Below are positions 9,019 to 18,687 of a DNA stretch of 64,000 bases, one piece after another (position 1 is the first letter of the stretch; each line of letters opens with the position of its first letter). The DNA comes from Pirellulales bacterium (lineage in GTDB: Bacteria; Planctomycetota; Planctomycetia; Pirellulales; PALSA-1355): the NCBI GenBank assembly GCA_963733035.1, contig CAVTBU010000008.1:224001-288000 (forward strand). The letters are read 5' to 3'. The position numbers and the translations under genes were made by a program. The notes under the pieces were generated by a model, which did not search any database, was not told the origin of the DNA, and saw only the letters and a program-made list of their open reading frames with translations.

Positions 9019-11052
9019 CTAGCGCGGCGGATCGAGTGTCACTTCAATTTTCACTTCCTGCCCCTTGCGTTTGACGATCACCGGCACTTTATCGCCCGCT
9101 TTGTACTTGCGCAAAGCACTGTCGAAGTCTTCCAAGTTGCCGATCTTACTCTCGCCAAAACGAACGATGTTATCTCCAGCCTGCAATCCGGCCCTTTCGG
9201 CTGGCCCCCCCTTGGTCACACCACTTAGCGCATAGCCCGGCTCTTCCTGCGCAAAGTCGGGAATGCTGCCAAAATACGGCCGATCGCCGCCACCGCCCAG
9301 CGACTCATTGCCGCCATGCACTTCCTGATATTGGGGCCTGGTATCGGCAGTCGCCAGCGCCAGCGCCATTTCACAAACCATCTCGGCAATCCGTCGCATG
9401 CCCGCTACATTCAACTTCTCAAAGTCGTCGGTGGGACGGTGATAGTCAGTGTGCGTGCCCGTGAAAAAAAACAATACCGGCACTTTCACGCCGTAGAACG
9501 AAGAATGATCGCTCGGCCCGAAACCGCTGGGCTTCTTGGTCACTTCAAAGCCGTAGTCTTTGCCAAATCGATCAACCAGGGCGTCAAATTCCTTCGCCGT
9601 GCCCGTGCCATGAACGATCAGCTTCTCATCGGTCAGCCGGCCGACCATGTCGAGGTTCAACATTGCCACGGTCTTGTCGATCGGAATGAGCGGCTCGCGG
9701 ACGTACCGGGCGCTGCCGATCAGACCACGTTCCTCGCCGGTGAAGGCGATAAAGACAATCCTCCGGGACGGCTTGCCCCGGGCCGCGATTTGCCGAGCGA
9801 CCTCGATTAACACGGTGGTGCCCGATCCGTTGTCGTCGGCGCCGTTGTGAATCTCGTGCACTCCCGGAGCCGCCGAACCCGCACCTCCCATCCCCAGATG
9901 GTCGTAGTGGGCTCCAATCACGATGCTTTCATCGGCATGCGGGCCTTCCCCCTCAAGAACACCGACCACGTTCTTGACCTCGACCTCGTGTCGCTCGACG
10001 TTTGTTTCGCCAGCCACTCGCCAGCCCGTCAATTCGCGACTTTGCGGAGTGGGCCCCTTATCGATCTGCAGCTCAAGCTCGGCGAGGGACGTACCGAGCG
10101 CGGATTCCACCACTTTGTTTAGCTCGCTGCGACGACAAAATAGGATCGGAAACTGCCGGCCCTCCGAGCCCTCGGAGCCTGCGCCCTCGAAAGGCAGCAG
10201 CGGGTCCTCGGCCTTCTGCAATTCGTCGGCATAGCGACGGAGTTCTTCGGCCAGTTGTTGAACCTTCTGCTGGTGCTTCTGCCAATCCTCTTGCGTGGGC
10301 TTTTCGACTTCCTTGAACTTGGCGTTGGTCTCTGCAATCTCGTCGACCGCCGCTTGCCAGCGATCGCGTACGGCGGCACTTTTCTTCCGAATATCGAATT
10401 CATCCGTGCAGAAAATGACCGCCGCCGCGCCGTGCTCGTATGCATTCGATACTTTGCGCCGAAAAGGAGCGTGCTGCGAATTGTCGGTGCCGTCGAAAAC
10501 GCTGTGCGGGTTGGCCTGCTGCGGCTCGTGACGGAGGATGACCACGGCCTTGCCCTTGACGTCGACTCCGTCATAGTCGTCGTAGTTTTCATGCTTTCCC
10601 GTGATACCGTATCCGACGAAAGTCAACGGCACGTCGAACTCGCCCGATCCGCCGATTGCCAGCGGCGTGAAGCCCTCGCCTAGTTTGACCTCGATTCGTC
10701 GCGGCTGGCCGCTCTCGCTTGCCGGGCCAACGAACGTGAGCGTATTCGGCGAACCCAGCTCCGCGCCGGTCACCATGTTGAACTTTTGAAAAGGCTGCCC
10801 ATCGAAAAGCTCCGTCTTCAGTCCAATCTCGCGGAATTGTTTGGCAATGTATTCGGCCGCCAGGTTAAGGCCCTCCGTTCCCACGCCACGCCCTTCGAGT
10901 TCATCGCTCGACAGATATTTGGCCGTGATCGCAAGCCGCCCTTCGATGGCACTGGAATCCTCGCCATCGGCAGCCGCCGCCGCAACCGGCGCGGCTACAA
11001 AGAGAAACATTGCCAGGAAAAACCGCCGCGAGGGGGAGTTCGAACGATTCAT
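9019..11052 (-). CDS. Secreted M28-family metallopeptidase with PA and C-terminal PDZ domains
   Basis: GAHYDHLG, NGADDNGSG, GEERGLIGS, NLDMVG, PSDH, YHRPTD; PA motif DYDGVDVKGK; PDZ GGPAERAGLQAGD. Start uncertain. Confidence 0.92.
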   Translation of the reverse strand: MNRSNSPSRRFFLAMFLFVAAPVAAAAADGEDSSAIEGRLAITAKYLSSDELEGRGVGTEGLNLAAEYIAKQFREIGLKTELFDGQPFQKFNMVTGAELGSPNTLTFVGPASESGQPRRIEVKLGEGFTPLAIGGSGEFDVPLTFVGYGITGKHENYDDYDGVDVKGKAVVILRHEPQQANPHSVFDGTDNSQHAPFRRKVSNAYEHGAAAVIFCTDEFDIRKKSAAVRDRWQAAVDEIAETNAKFKEVEKPTQEDWQKHQQKVQQLAEELRRYADELQKAEDPLLPFEGAGSEGSEGRQFPILFCRRSELNKVVESALGTSLAELELQIDKGPTPQSRELTGWRVAGETNVERHEVEVKNVVGVLEGEGPHADESIVIGAHYDHLGMGGAGSAAPGVHEIHNGADDNGSGTTVLIEVARQIAARGKPSRRIVFIAFTGEERGLIGSARYVREPLIPIDKTVAMLNLDMVGRLTDEKLIVHGTGTAKEFDALVDRFGKDYGFEVTKKPSGFGPSDHSSFYGVKVPVLFFFTGTHTDYHRPTDDFEKLNVAGMRRIAEMVCEMALALATADTRPQYQEVHGGNESLGGGGDRPYFGSIPDFAQEEPGYALSGVTKGGPAERAGLQAGDNIVRFGESKIGNLEDFDSALRKYKAGDKVPVIVKRKGQEVKIEVTLDPPR

Positions 11053-11379
11053 GGGCTGCGTCGTTTCAAGCAAGCGGATGGCGGGGAAGGCACGCGTCAT
11101 ACGGCAAACGCGTTGCTGGAAGAGGGAACTCCGAACACCTGATTCTTTGTCGCTCACCGCAACTCGTCAAGTCGTGGCGGTCTCCGGCGCTGGATCGCGC
11201 CGGTTGTACCCGTCACACGGCCTCCTGGCAAACCGTGCGGCCGGTCGGGGAACGGGCAGCAAGGGCAAAAGCCTATCATTGCCCCCGAATGCCCCATAAA
11301 ATGCAGGGAGCCGCGAAAGCGGGCGTTTCGACTAGCTAGTCGAACGCCGACGGACCATCTACCTGCGTCCAAGGGAGTT

Positions 11380-13107
11380 GTGCTCGTGCCCTCGCTGTAC
11401 GTCGCCAAGGGTCAGGATCAGGGCGCGCTGTTCGATATCGACGAAGGCAAGGTCGGCATCGGCCGCGACGCCGCGAACGCAATACGCCTGCACGATACGG
11501 AAGTCTCACGCCGACATGCCGAACTCTGCTACGACGGCAGTGTCTGCCTTGTCGTTGACCTGGGGAGTTCGAACGGCACGTTCGTCAACGGCCACCGCAT
11601 CGACGAAGAGAATCAGCTCGCCACCGGCGATCGCGTGCAGGTTGGCGGAACCGTCATGCTCTTCACTGATGAAGCCGGGCGAATGCCCGAGGACATCTCG
11701 GACAAGGTCGACATCACGCCGGGCTTGATCTCCGACAGCTCGCGGATCATCCGCAAGATGAGCCATCAGGAAGGCAGCCAACTGTTGAATTTCGACTTCG
11801 AGGGGGCCGCCAGCCCCTGGTTGGCCCGCGCTCGTAGCAATTTGCAGATCATGTATCGCACGGCTTTGGCTGTCAGCCACACGCTCGACATCGATCAATT
11901 GCTAGGGCGCATCATGCAGTTGATCTTCGAGTGGGTTGAAGCCGATCGGGGCTGCATCATGCTACTCGATGAGCAAACGAAGCAACTGGTACCCAAAGTC
12001 CGCCGCAATCGTCAGGGAGTGGAATCTCCCGAGAAACTGGCCATCAGCAAAACAATTCTTGATTATGTGATGCAGCACAATGAGGGCGTGTTAACGAGCG
12101 ATGCCAAGGAGGACCTGCGCTGGGACAACGCGGCCAGCATCGTGCAGATGGGCATTCGCGAGGCGATTTGCGTGCCGATGCAGGGTCGCTACGACGTCGT
12201 GGGCGTTATCTACATCGATACCTCGATCACACCGCAGCGGATCATTCAGCAAAAGGGACAACAGAACAAGTTCACCGAAGAGCATCTCAAGTTGATGATT
12301 GCGATCGCCCACCAGGCCGCGCTCGCGGTAGAAGACACGCGCCACTACGGAGCGATGATGCAGGCCGAACGGCTGGCGGCCGTCGGCCAAACGATCGCTT
12401 TGCTGTCGCACCACATCAAGAACATCCTGCAGGGCATTAGCGGAGGCAGCTACGTCGTGGAACTCGGCCTGGAACAGCGCGACGAGGAAAAGATTCGTAA
12501 AGGCTGGAACAACGTCAACCGAAATCTAAACAAGATTTCGGCCATGGTGCTAGACATGCTCACGTTCAGCAAGGAGCGCGAGCCAGACCCGGTTCCCAGC
12601 GACATCAACAAGGTGGTCGCCGAAGTTGTCGAACTGGCCCAGGCCAAGGCAGCCGAACAACACGTGACCGTCGAGTACCGCCCTGGTGACGACATTCCCA
12701 CCTTTGCCTTCGACCCCGAGGGCATCCATCGGGCCGTGCTGAATGTCGCTGCCAACGCCGTGGACGCCTGCGAAGACAGAGAGGACGGCAAAGTCATTAT
12801 CGCCACCGCATATTGCGCGGAACAGGGTGTTGTGCAAATCACAATCGAAGACAACGGTGTGGGAATTCCGCCCGAAGATATCGACAAGATCTTTACGATC
12901 TTCGTTTCGGGCAAGGGAAGCCGTGGCACGGGACTAGGCTTGCCCGTGAGTCGCAAGATCCTGCAGGAACATGGCGGCAACATTCACGTCACCAGCACGG
13001 TTGGACAGGGAAGCCGCTTCACGCTGGATTTTCCAGCAGTTACCGCCGGCACCCTCGCAGAAAAGTCAGCGGCGGAAGCCAAAACGGGCGAGATGTCCCG
13101 CCCCTAG
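11380..13107 (+). CDS. Cytoplasmic FHA-GAF histidine kinase
   Basis: FHA (IGR..VSRRHA..DLGSSNGT), GAF (AICVPM), H-box SHHIKN, N-box NAVDA, DNGVG, GTGLGL. Confidence 0.92.
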   Translation: MLVPSLYVAKGQDQGALFDIDEGKVGIGRDAANAIRLHDTEVSRRHAELCYDGSVCLVVDLGSSNGTFVNGHRIDEENQLATGDRVQVGGTVMLFTDEAGRMPEDISDKVDITPGLISDSSRIIRKMSHQEGSQLLNFDFEGAASPWLARARSNLQIMYRTALAVSHTLDIDQLLGRIMQLIFEWVEADRGCIMLLDEQTKQLVPKVRRNRQGVESPEKLAISKTILDYVMQHNEGVLTSDAKEDLRWDNAASIVQMGIREAICVPMQGRYDVVGVIYIDTSITPQRIIQQKGQQNKFTEEHLKLMIAIAHQAALAVEDTRHYGAMMQAERLAAVGQTIALLSHHIKNILQGISGGSYVVELGLEQRDEEKIRKGWNNVNRNLNKISAMVLDMLTFSKEREPDPVPSDINKVVAEVVELAQAKAAEQHVTVEYRPGDDIPTFAFDPEGIHRAVLNVAANAVDACEDREDGKVIIATAYCAEQGVVQITIEDNGVGIPPEDIDKIFTIFVSGKGSRGTGLGLPVSRKILQEHGGNIHVTSTVGQGSRFTLDFPAVTAGTLAEKSAAEAKTGEMSRP

Positions 13108-13122
13108 CGGTCCGTCTGGCTG

Positions 13123-13794
13123 CTAGTCTGTGTAGCCGGCCGGTTTGCCCACGAACGGATTGTTTTGCTTTTCCTCGCCGACGGTCGTCGTCGGCCCGTG
13201 CCCTGGCAACACGATTGTGGCCGCGTCCAGCGAGAACAGCTTCTCCCAAATCCCGGCAGCTAGTTGCTCAAAGCTGCCATCGGGAAAGTCGGTGCGGCCG
13301 ATGCTGCCGGCAAACAAAACGTCGCCTCCAAAGACAATCGCCGGTTGCACGTTCTGAACGATGAACACGACGTGGCCGCTCGAGTGCCCCGGTATTTCGC
13401 GCACCAGCAAATCAAAGCCGGCCCCGCTATACATGTCGCCCTCTCCCACCAAAATATCCCCCGGCGGACTGACCAGGTGAGCACCAAATGCGGCGGAAAG
13501 GTTTAGCGCCGGGCTCGTCAATTTGTCGGCATCGCCGCGGCTGACGACGATCGGGCAGTCGGGATAGCAGCGTTTGAGCTCTCCGTTGCCCGCGATGTGA
13601 TCGCTATGCCCGTGCGTGATCAGAATGGCCGCCGGGGTCAGTCCCTCGCGCTTGAGATGCGCGATGATTTCGTCTGGTTCGAGCCCCGGGTCCACCACCA
13701 AACAGTCGCTGCGACCCAGCAGATAGGCGATGTAAGTGTTTTCCTCAAAGGGAGCGGAAACGACCGCCGCCACCCGGATCGACGAAGAGTCCAC
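13123..13794 (-). CDS. MBL-fold metallo-hydrolase (glyoxalase II-like)
   Basis: THGHSDH, PGHSSGH, GDVLFAGSIGRTD, PGHG. Confidence 0.92.
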   Translation of the reverse strand: MDSSSIRVAAVVSAPFEENTYIAYLLGRSDCLVVDPGLEPDEIIAHLKREGLTPAAILITHGHSDHIAGNGELKRCYPDCPIVVSRGDADKLTSPALNLSAAFGAHLVSPPGDILVGEGDMYSGAGFDLLVREIPGHSSGHVVFIVQNVQPAIVFGGDVLFAGSIGRTDFPDGSFEQLAAGIWEKLFSLDAATIVLPGHGPTTTVGEEKQNNPFVGKPAGYTD

Positions 13795-14180
13795 AAAATC
13801 GCCCTTTCCTGAATTGCGTGCGATCTAGTAAAAGCAGGCAAGTCCTACCGACCCCCGTCGGTCCTGTGCTTGCAACGGATTAGGTAAACAGGGCCGGTCG
13901 CACGAAGCAATGTAATATAAGTCCAAGCGCCGTGGCGATAAACCACCTAGGGCGGCGAATTGGCCACGCCGTGGGCTAATTGGCTCTGATGACCTCGAAC
14001 GGCACTCCACACTAGCGCGTGCAAGCTTGGCTAGCGGGATTTGGCTAGCAAAACCCAAACCTTTTCTTGCACTCACGCCGGAGAAGAATTGCTGCTGTAT
14101 GCCGGACGCAAGAGGCCCGAAGCGCCGCTTCGCGCGATTTTCAATCGTCCGGGTTCAGCAACTCTGTCAGGAGACAATTG

Positions 14181-15119
14181 ATGACCCACGGTAAATGGCT
14201 ACTTGGATTGGCAGTGACCGGCAGCTCGTTGGCCCTTGCAACCACCAGCCTGTTGGCCCAAGCACCCGCAACCGGCGGACGCCCAGGGCGCGATCAGCTG
14301 CCGCGGCCCGTGTATCGCGTGGGACAACTGCCCGACAACCAGCCCCGAGTGGCGGCGAATAACAACCTGCCTTCCCAGCCGGCGACGCCATCGCCCCAGG
14401 AGCCGACGGCACCCAACCCCGCCGAGCATCCGCTTGAGCCCGCGTTGCGGATGGCCCGGGCGGCAGTCATCAATATCAACGAAAACATCCATGACTACTC
14501 GGCCGTGATGGTCAAACGCGAGCGAGTCAATGGAAAGCTCAATGAGCAGGAGTTCATGTACATTAAAATTCGGCACCAGCCGTTCAGCGTGTACATGTAC
14601 TTCCTGGGCCCGGAGAAGCTTCGCGGCCAAGAGGCGATTTACGTCGAGGGCCAAAACAACGGCAACCTGCTGGGGCACGGCGTGGGAATTAAGAAAATCG
14701 CCGGCACCGTTCCGTTGCAGCCGACCGGAGCCTTGGCCATGGCCGGTCAGCGATACCCGATCACGGAGATTGGCTTTCTGAACCTGACAAAGCGGCTGGT
14801 CGAGGTCGCCGAGCAAGACAAGCAATATGGCGAGTGTGAAGTTAAATTCTATAAGGGCGCCAAGATCAACGGCCGCTCGGCCACTTGCATCCAGGTCGAG
14901 CACCCCGTGCCCCGCAAGAACTTTCGCTTTCACAAAGCCTTGGTGTTCGTCGACGACGAGTTGAATATTCCAGTGCGCTACGAAGCCTACGACTGGCCGG
15001 CCACGCCGGGCGGTCCGCCGCAATTGCTCGAAGAGTACACCTACACGGACATCAAACTGAACAATGGCTTCACCGACGCCGACTTCAGCGAGCACAATCC
15101 CAACTACCATTTCCATTAA
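14181..15119 (+). CDS. Secreted DUF1571-type protein
   Basis: Signal peptide, Pro-rich linker, then DYSAVMVKRERVNG, PFSVYM, RYPITEIG, LLEEYTYTDIKLN, typical of DUF1571 proteins. Confidence 0.75.
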   Translation: MTHGKWLLGLAVTGSSLALATTSLLAQAPATGGRPGRDQLPRPVYRVGQLPDNQPRVAANNNLPSQPATPSPQEPTAPNPAEHPLEPALRMARAAVININENIHDYSAVMVKRERVNGKLNEQEFMYIKIRHQPFSVYMYFLGPEKLRGQEAIYVEGQNNGNLLGHGVGIKKIAGTVPLQPTGALAMAGQRYPITEIGFLNLTKRLVEVAEQDKQYGECEVKFYKGAKINGRSATCIQVEHPVPRKNFRFHKALVFVDDELNIPVRYEAYDWPATPGGPPQLLEEYTYTDIKLNNGFTDADFSEHNPNYHFH

Positions 15120-15146
15120 CTCGATCGGTTCGAGTAACGTCAACGG

Positions 15147-15186
15147 AAAAGGGCCACCGACACAGCGATTCGTCGGTGGCCCTTTT
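15147..15186. terminator. Bidirectional intrinsic terminator
   Basis: AAAAGGGCCACCGAC-N10-GTCGGTGGCCCTTTT perfect inverted repeat between convergent genes. Confidence 0.85.
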
Positions 15187-15208
15187 GCTTTGGCAGCTCG
15201 CCAAATCG

Positions 15209-16762
15209 CTAGTAGCGTGATCCGGCAGGTCGGGTGGCCGTTTGCTCCCGCGCCGGCATGACCAGTTCGGTGCCGGGGCGCAGGTAGTCGAAGTCCTCGC
15301 CGAGAATGTCACGATTGAGCTGGTAGATTTCAGCCCAGCGCGAAGCCTTACCGAGTTCGTAACGCGCGATGTCGAACAGCGTGTCCCCTTCGGCGACGAT
15401 ATAGACGTCGTCATCGGCGCGCCGCTGGGCTGCCGCCGGCGGTAGCGAACGAGGCTGCACTAATGCGCTCTTTCGCTGTTTCGGGCAAAGACTCGGAAAG
15501 TCGCGTTCGAGTTCCTCGCTCGGTGGCACCGCAACCTGTGAACCGACCGTCAACTTATCGGATCGCGGCAGACTCGAACGATTGCGCGCCGCCAAGGCTT
15601 TGAAGAAGCCGCCGGTGCCGTAAACCTTTTCGGATATGCTCCACAGAGTATCGCCGGGCTGCACGGTATACATCCCATTTTCCACCGGAAGCGGCTCGCT
15701 GTCGGCTGTCATGGCACCAAGTTGGGCGGTTGAAGTGCTCGTCTGCCAATCATCGGCCGCGGTCCGTGGACCCGACTCAGAGCGATCAAAGGCGCTCCGC
15801 TGCCCTTCTGTCGCCGCCTCGGCCGTCGCGCTTGGTTCCGGTTCCGATTCGTATCGATCGAACGCCGACCCTGACTCTTCGGCCTGTGAAGCGCTGGTTG
15901 TTCGTTGAGCCGAATCGATCGCCCCGAACGATTCCACTTGCTTTGAATCGCCTGGCAGAATTTGCTCTGCTTCGGATGACGACGCCTCCTGCGATCCAAA
16001 CGGATCACGACCGCCAGGCGCCGTGGCAGCATCGCCATCTGCGTTGTCGAATGGATCGCGTCGCGGCATCGTCGGCGCTTGCGTCGCGGTCGTTCCCGAG
16101 GCGTAGGGGTCGGCTGCCGGCAGTTCCATCTCGGAGGCAACAGTAGTACTGGATCCTTGGGCCGTGTCGATTGGTTCCTGGGCGCTCAAGCGACGTAACG
16201 GATTGCCGCTTTGAGAAGGGTTAGCTTGCGGCAACTCGAACGCCCCCTCCTCGCTCACCTGAGCCGGCTCGGTTTTCATCACCATATCAACGGGCTCACC
16301 GGACTGTCGGTCAAATGGCCCGGCGCTCGGGGTTGATTCAGCGGAAAACTCCGGTTGACCCTCCTCTGTTTCAGAAGGCTGGCTCACACTCACCTGCGGA
16401 GCCAGTCCCAAATCCGGCTGCGATGGTTCCCCAGGATTGGCATATGGATCTCGCGGCAACTCGGCATCGGCCTGGGGCTGATCCGGCATGTACGACGCAG
16501 TCGGGGCCTGGTCCACTGTCGCGACATCCGGCTCCTGTTGGTCGTCCCACAACTTCGAGCGGATGCCACCCGGTTCAGGGCTCGCCACGACGACGTTTGG
16601 CTCGGCCATCCCGTCACTCGACAGAGGCTCGATCGGTGCTCTTGCCTCTTCGACACCGCTCGACGCGGGATGGCTGGCCGCGAAATATCGGAACAGCAAG
16701 ACGCCAAAGATCGACAACAGCATGCCGATCACGGCTAGCCCTATTTTCGTTTCCTTGCCCAT
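15209..16762 (-). CDS. Membrane-anchored protein with long acidic linker and two C-terminal LysM domains
   Basis: MGKETKIGLAVIGMLLSIFGVLLF anchor; LysM motifs YTVQPGDTLWSIS and YIVAEGDTLFDIA; SD GGAGG. Confidence 0.88.
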   Translation of the reverse strand: MGKETKIGLAVIGMLLSIFGVLLFRYFAASHPASSGVEEARAPIEPLSSDGMAEPNVVVASPEPGGIRSKLWDDQQEPDVATVDQAPTASYMPDQPQADAELPRDPYANPGEPSQPDLGLAPQVSVSQPSETEEGQPEFSAESTPSAGPFDRQSGEPVDMVMKTEPAQVSEEGAFELPQANPSQSGNPLRRLSAQEPIDTAQGSSTTVASEMELPAADPYASGTTATQAPTMPRRDPFDNADGDAATAPGGRDPFGSQEASSSEAEQILPGDSKQVESFGAIDSAQRTTSASQAEESGSAFDRYESEPEPSATAEAATEGQRSAFDRSESGPRTAADDWQTSTSTAQLGAMTADSEPLPVENGMYTVQPGDTLWSISEKVYGTGGFFKALAARNRSSLPRSDKLTVGSQVAVPPSEELERDFPSLCPKQRKSALVQPRSLPPAAAQRRADDDVYIVAEGDTLFDIARYELGKASRWAEIYQLNRDILGEDFDYLRPGTELVMPAREQTATRPAGSRY

Positions 16763-16835
16763 GATTTTAGCCTCCTGCTTCATGGCCGACGCGTGCTCGA
16801 AATTCGTCACGCGCGGGTAATCCACGTCCTTGGTT

Positions 16836-17723
16836 TCATCCGGCGCGTTTCGCAACGCGGAGCTTCGCGCTATGCGCGCGGGGATTTCGCAAGACTTCGG
16901 CTTCGCTCGGCCTGAGCGGTTTGCGGGTGACCATCTCCCAGCGCTGGTCGTCACGAAATGCTTCTTTAATGATCCGATCTTCCAGCGAGTGGAAACTGAT
17001 TGCCGCCAGTCGTCCGCCCGGCGCCAAGTAGTTCGGAAAAATGGCCAACGCTCGGCGAAGCGACCCCAGTTCGTCGTTCACGGCAATTCGCAAGGCCTGG
17101 AAAGTTCGAGTCGCCGGATCGATCCGCCGGGTGTCGGCCGATCGGGGAACCACGGCCCGGACCAGGTCCGCCAGATCCTTGGCAGTGCGAATTGGCTGTG
17201 TGGTTCTACGCTCGACGATCGAGCGGGCAATTCGTCGGCTATGCCGCTCTTCGCCCAGCTGATAAATCAGATCGGCAAGCTCCGTGACTTTCAGTCGCTC
17301 AAGCAGTCGCCACGCCGGCTCGCCACTATCGGTGTCAAAGCGCAGATCGAGCTCTCCCGCCGAGTCGAAGCTGAATCCGCGCTCGCTGTCGGCAAGCTGA
17401 TCGCTCGATAGTCCCAGATCGAGAACGATGCCATCAACCCTGTCGATTCCCACTTGCTCGAGCACTTCACCCAGTTCGCAGAAGTTGGCGGCGGCGATTT
17501 TCACCGGCAGGCCGGCCAGGTTGTTCTCCGCGGCCGCCAAGGCCGTCTCATCACGGTCAAGCGCAATTACCAGCCCATCAGCTCCAACCTTCTCGGCCAA
17601 GGCTCGGGTGTGTCCGCCACCGCCGAGCGTGCCATCAATGAACGTCTGACCGGCGCACGGCTGGAGCGCTGCCACGACCTCGTTGAGCATGACCGAAATG
17701 TGAATGGAAGGGGAAGGGGACAT
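16836..17723 (-). CDS. rsmH: 16S rRNA m4C1402 methyltransferase RsmH (MraW)
   Basis: DGTLGGGGH, DLGLSSDQL, RGFSF, PATRTFQALRIAVNDEL, ISFHSLEDR, NPRAHSAKLR. Start approximate. Confidence 0.96.
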   Translation of the reverse strand: MSPSPSIHISVMLNEVVAALQPCAGQTFIDGTLGGGGHTRALAEKVGADGLVIALDRDETALAAAENNLAGLPVKIAAANFCELGEVLEQVGIDRVDGIVLDLGLSSDQLADSERGFSFDSAGELDLRFDTDSGEPAWRLLERLKVTELADLIYQLGEERHSRRIARSIVERRTTQPIRTAKDLADLVRAVVPRSADTRRIDPATRTFQALRIAVNDELGSLRRALAIFPNYLAPGGRLAAISFHSLEDRIIKEAFRDDQRWEMVTRKPLRPSEAEVLRNPRAHSAKLRVAKRAG

Positions 17724-18063
17724 GCCGCGCGAGTAATCGGTGGGTATGGTTGCCAGTGCCATCCCCCGCATTGAAACCACAAACTGCAAATGGGGACAGG
17801 TCAAAGCCCCGACCCGGGACACCTCCTTGCGCCCGGGATGGTGGGGCTTGCGGGACGCGGCCTCTAGCACCGCGCTCCGCTGACGTTCGCAAAACCCGAT
17901 AGCAATCCTTGCTTCGGGCCTGTCGAGCCGCAGGCGGTCAGTCGGTGGCCTGTGACTGACCTCCCAGCTCGCACAAGCAAATTGCGAACGTCGGACGGAC
18001 AAACCTGGCATGAACTCCTGCGATTAGGCCACCCGCCGTGTAGCGTATTGATCTGCTTCTCCC

Positions 18064-18513
18064 CTACGAGGCGGGCTTTTCGAAGGCCGCTTCGGCGATT
18101 CGGTCGTATTGGCTCTGTCGATCGGCTACGTACTGCTCCCAACGGCCGCGGTCCCAAAGCTCCAAGTGGTCGAGCACGCCGACGAGCACGGCTTCTTTGC
18201 CCAGTCCGGCCAGAGCAGCCAACTCAGGCGGAACGCGTACTCGCCCCTGGCCGTCCAACTCCACCGCTTGTGCCCGAGCATAGAACAGGCGGCTGTAGGC
18301 CCGCACGTCCGTTGCATTGGGTGAGGCCTGTGCCAGACGCCGAGCCAACTCGGCGAGAGATTCCTCCGTGTAAATAGCCAACGAGCCGTCGGTGCCTGGC
18401 GTGACATACAGCACTCCTTTGGCCAGGGCCCCCAGGGCTTCTCTGAGAGGCTTGGGAATTGCGACTCGAAGCTTTTCGTCGACCGCTCGTCCAAACGTTC
18501 CGGTCAACAACAT
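18064..18513 (-). CDS. mraZ: Transcriptional regulator MraZ
   Basis: Two SpoVT/AbrB repeats: VDEKLRVAIP and LDGQGRVRVP; VGVLDHLELWD. Confidence 0.95.
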   Translation of the reverse strand: MLLTGTFGRAVDEKLRVAIPKPLREALGALAKGVLYVTPGTDGSLAIYTEESLAELARRLAQASPNATDVRAYSRLFYARAQAVELDGQGRVRVPPELAALAGLGKEAVLVGVLDHLELWDRGRWEQYVADRQSQYDRIAEAAFEKPAS

Positions 18514-18580
18514 GCTTCACCACAAATCCCCACAACTCACCAACGAAGCCCAAAGATAGCCAGTTCCCGCCATGCGTCAA
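18514..18580 (-). promoter_or_regulatory. mraZ promoter with six 10-bp-phased TGG boxes (MraZ operator)
   Basis: CCA at + strand 18520, 18530, 18540, 18550, 18560 and 18570; minus-strand TTGACG-N16-TATCTT overlaps the array. Confidence 0.75.
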
Positions 18581-18687
18581 GCGCATTTTTTTGACCAATC
18601 GGTCGGCGCGGGAACATTCGAACCGAAAGTGTTACGCGGCCGTGCTCTGCGACAAAAAACGGCGCGGGAAAAAACTTCACGCGATCG

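Noticed and set aside
13123..13794. Metallo-beta-lactamase resistance gene
   Set aside because: No signal peptide; the GSIGRTD motif is typical of housekeeping glyoxalase II-like hydrolases.
14199..15143. Long antisense or alternate-frame ORFs (also 32227-33180, 44721-45620, 46672-47553, 57427-58503)
   Set aside because: Shadow ORFs of well-supported genes, expected from high-GC codon bias; no recognisable motifs.
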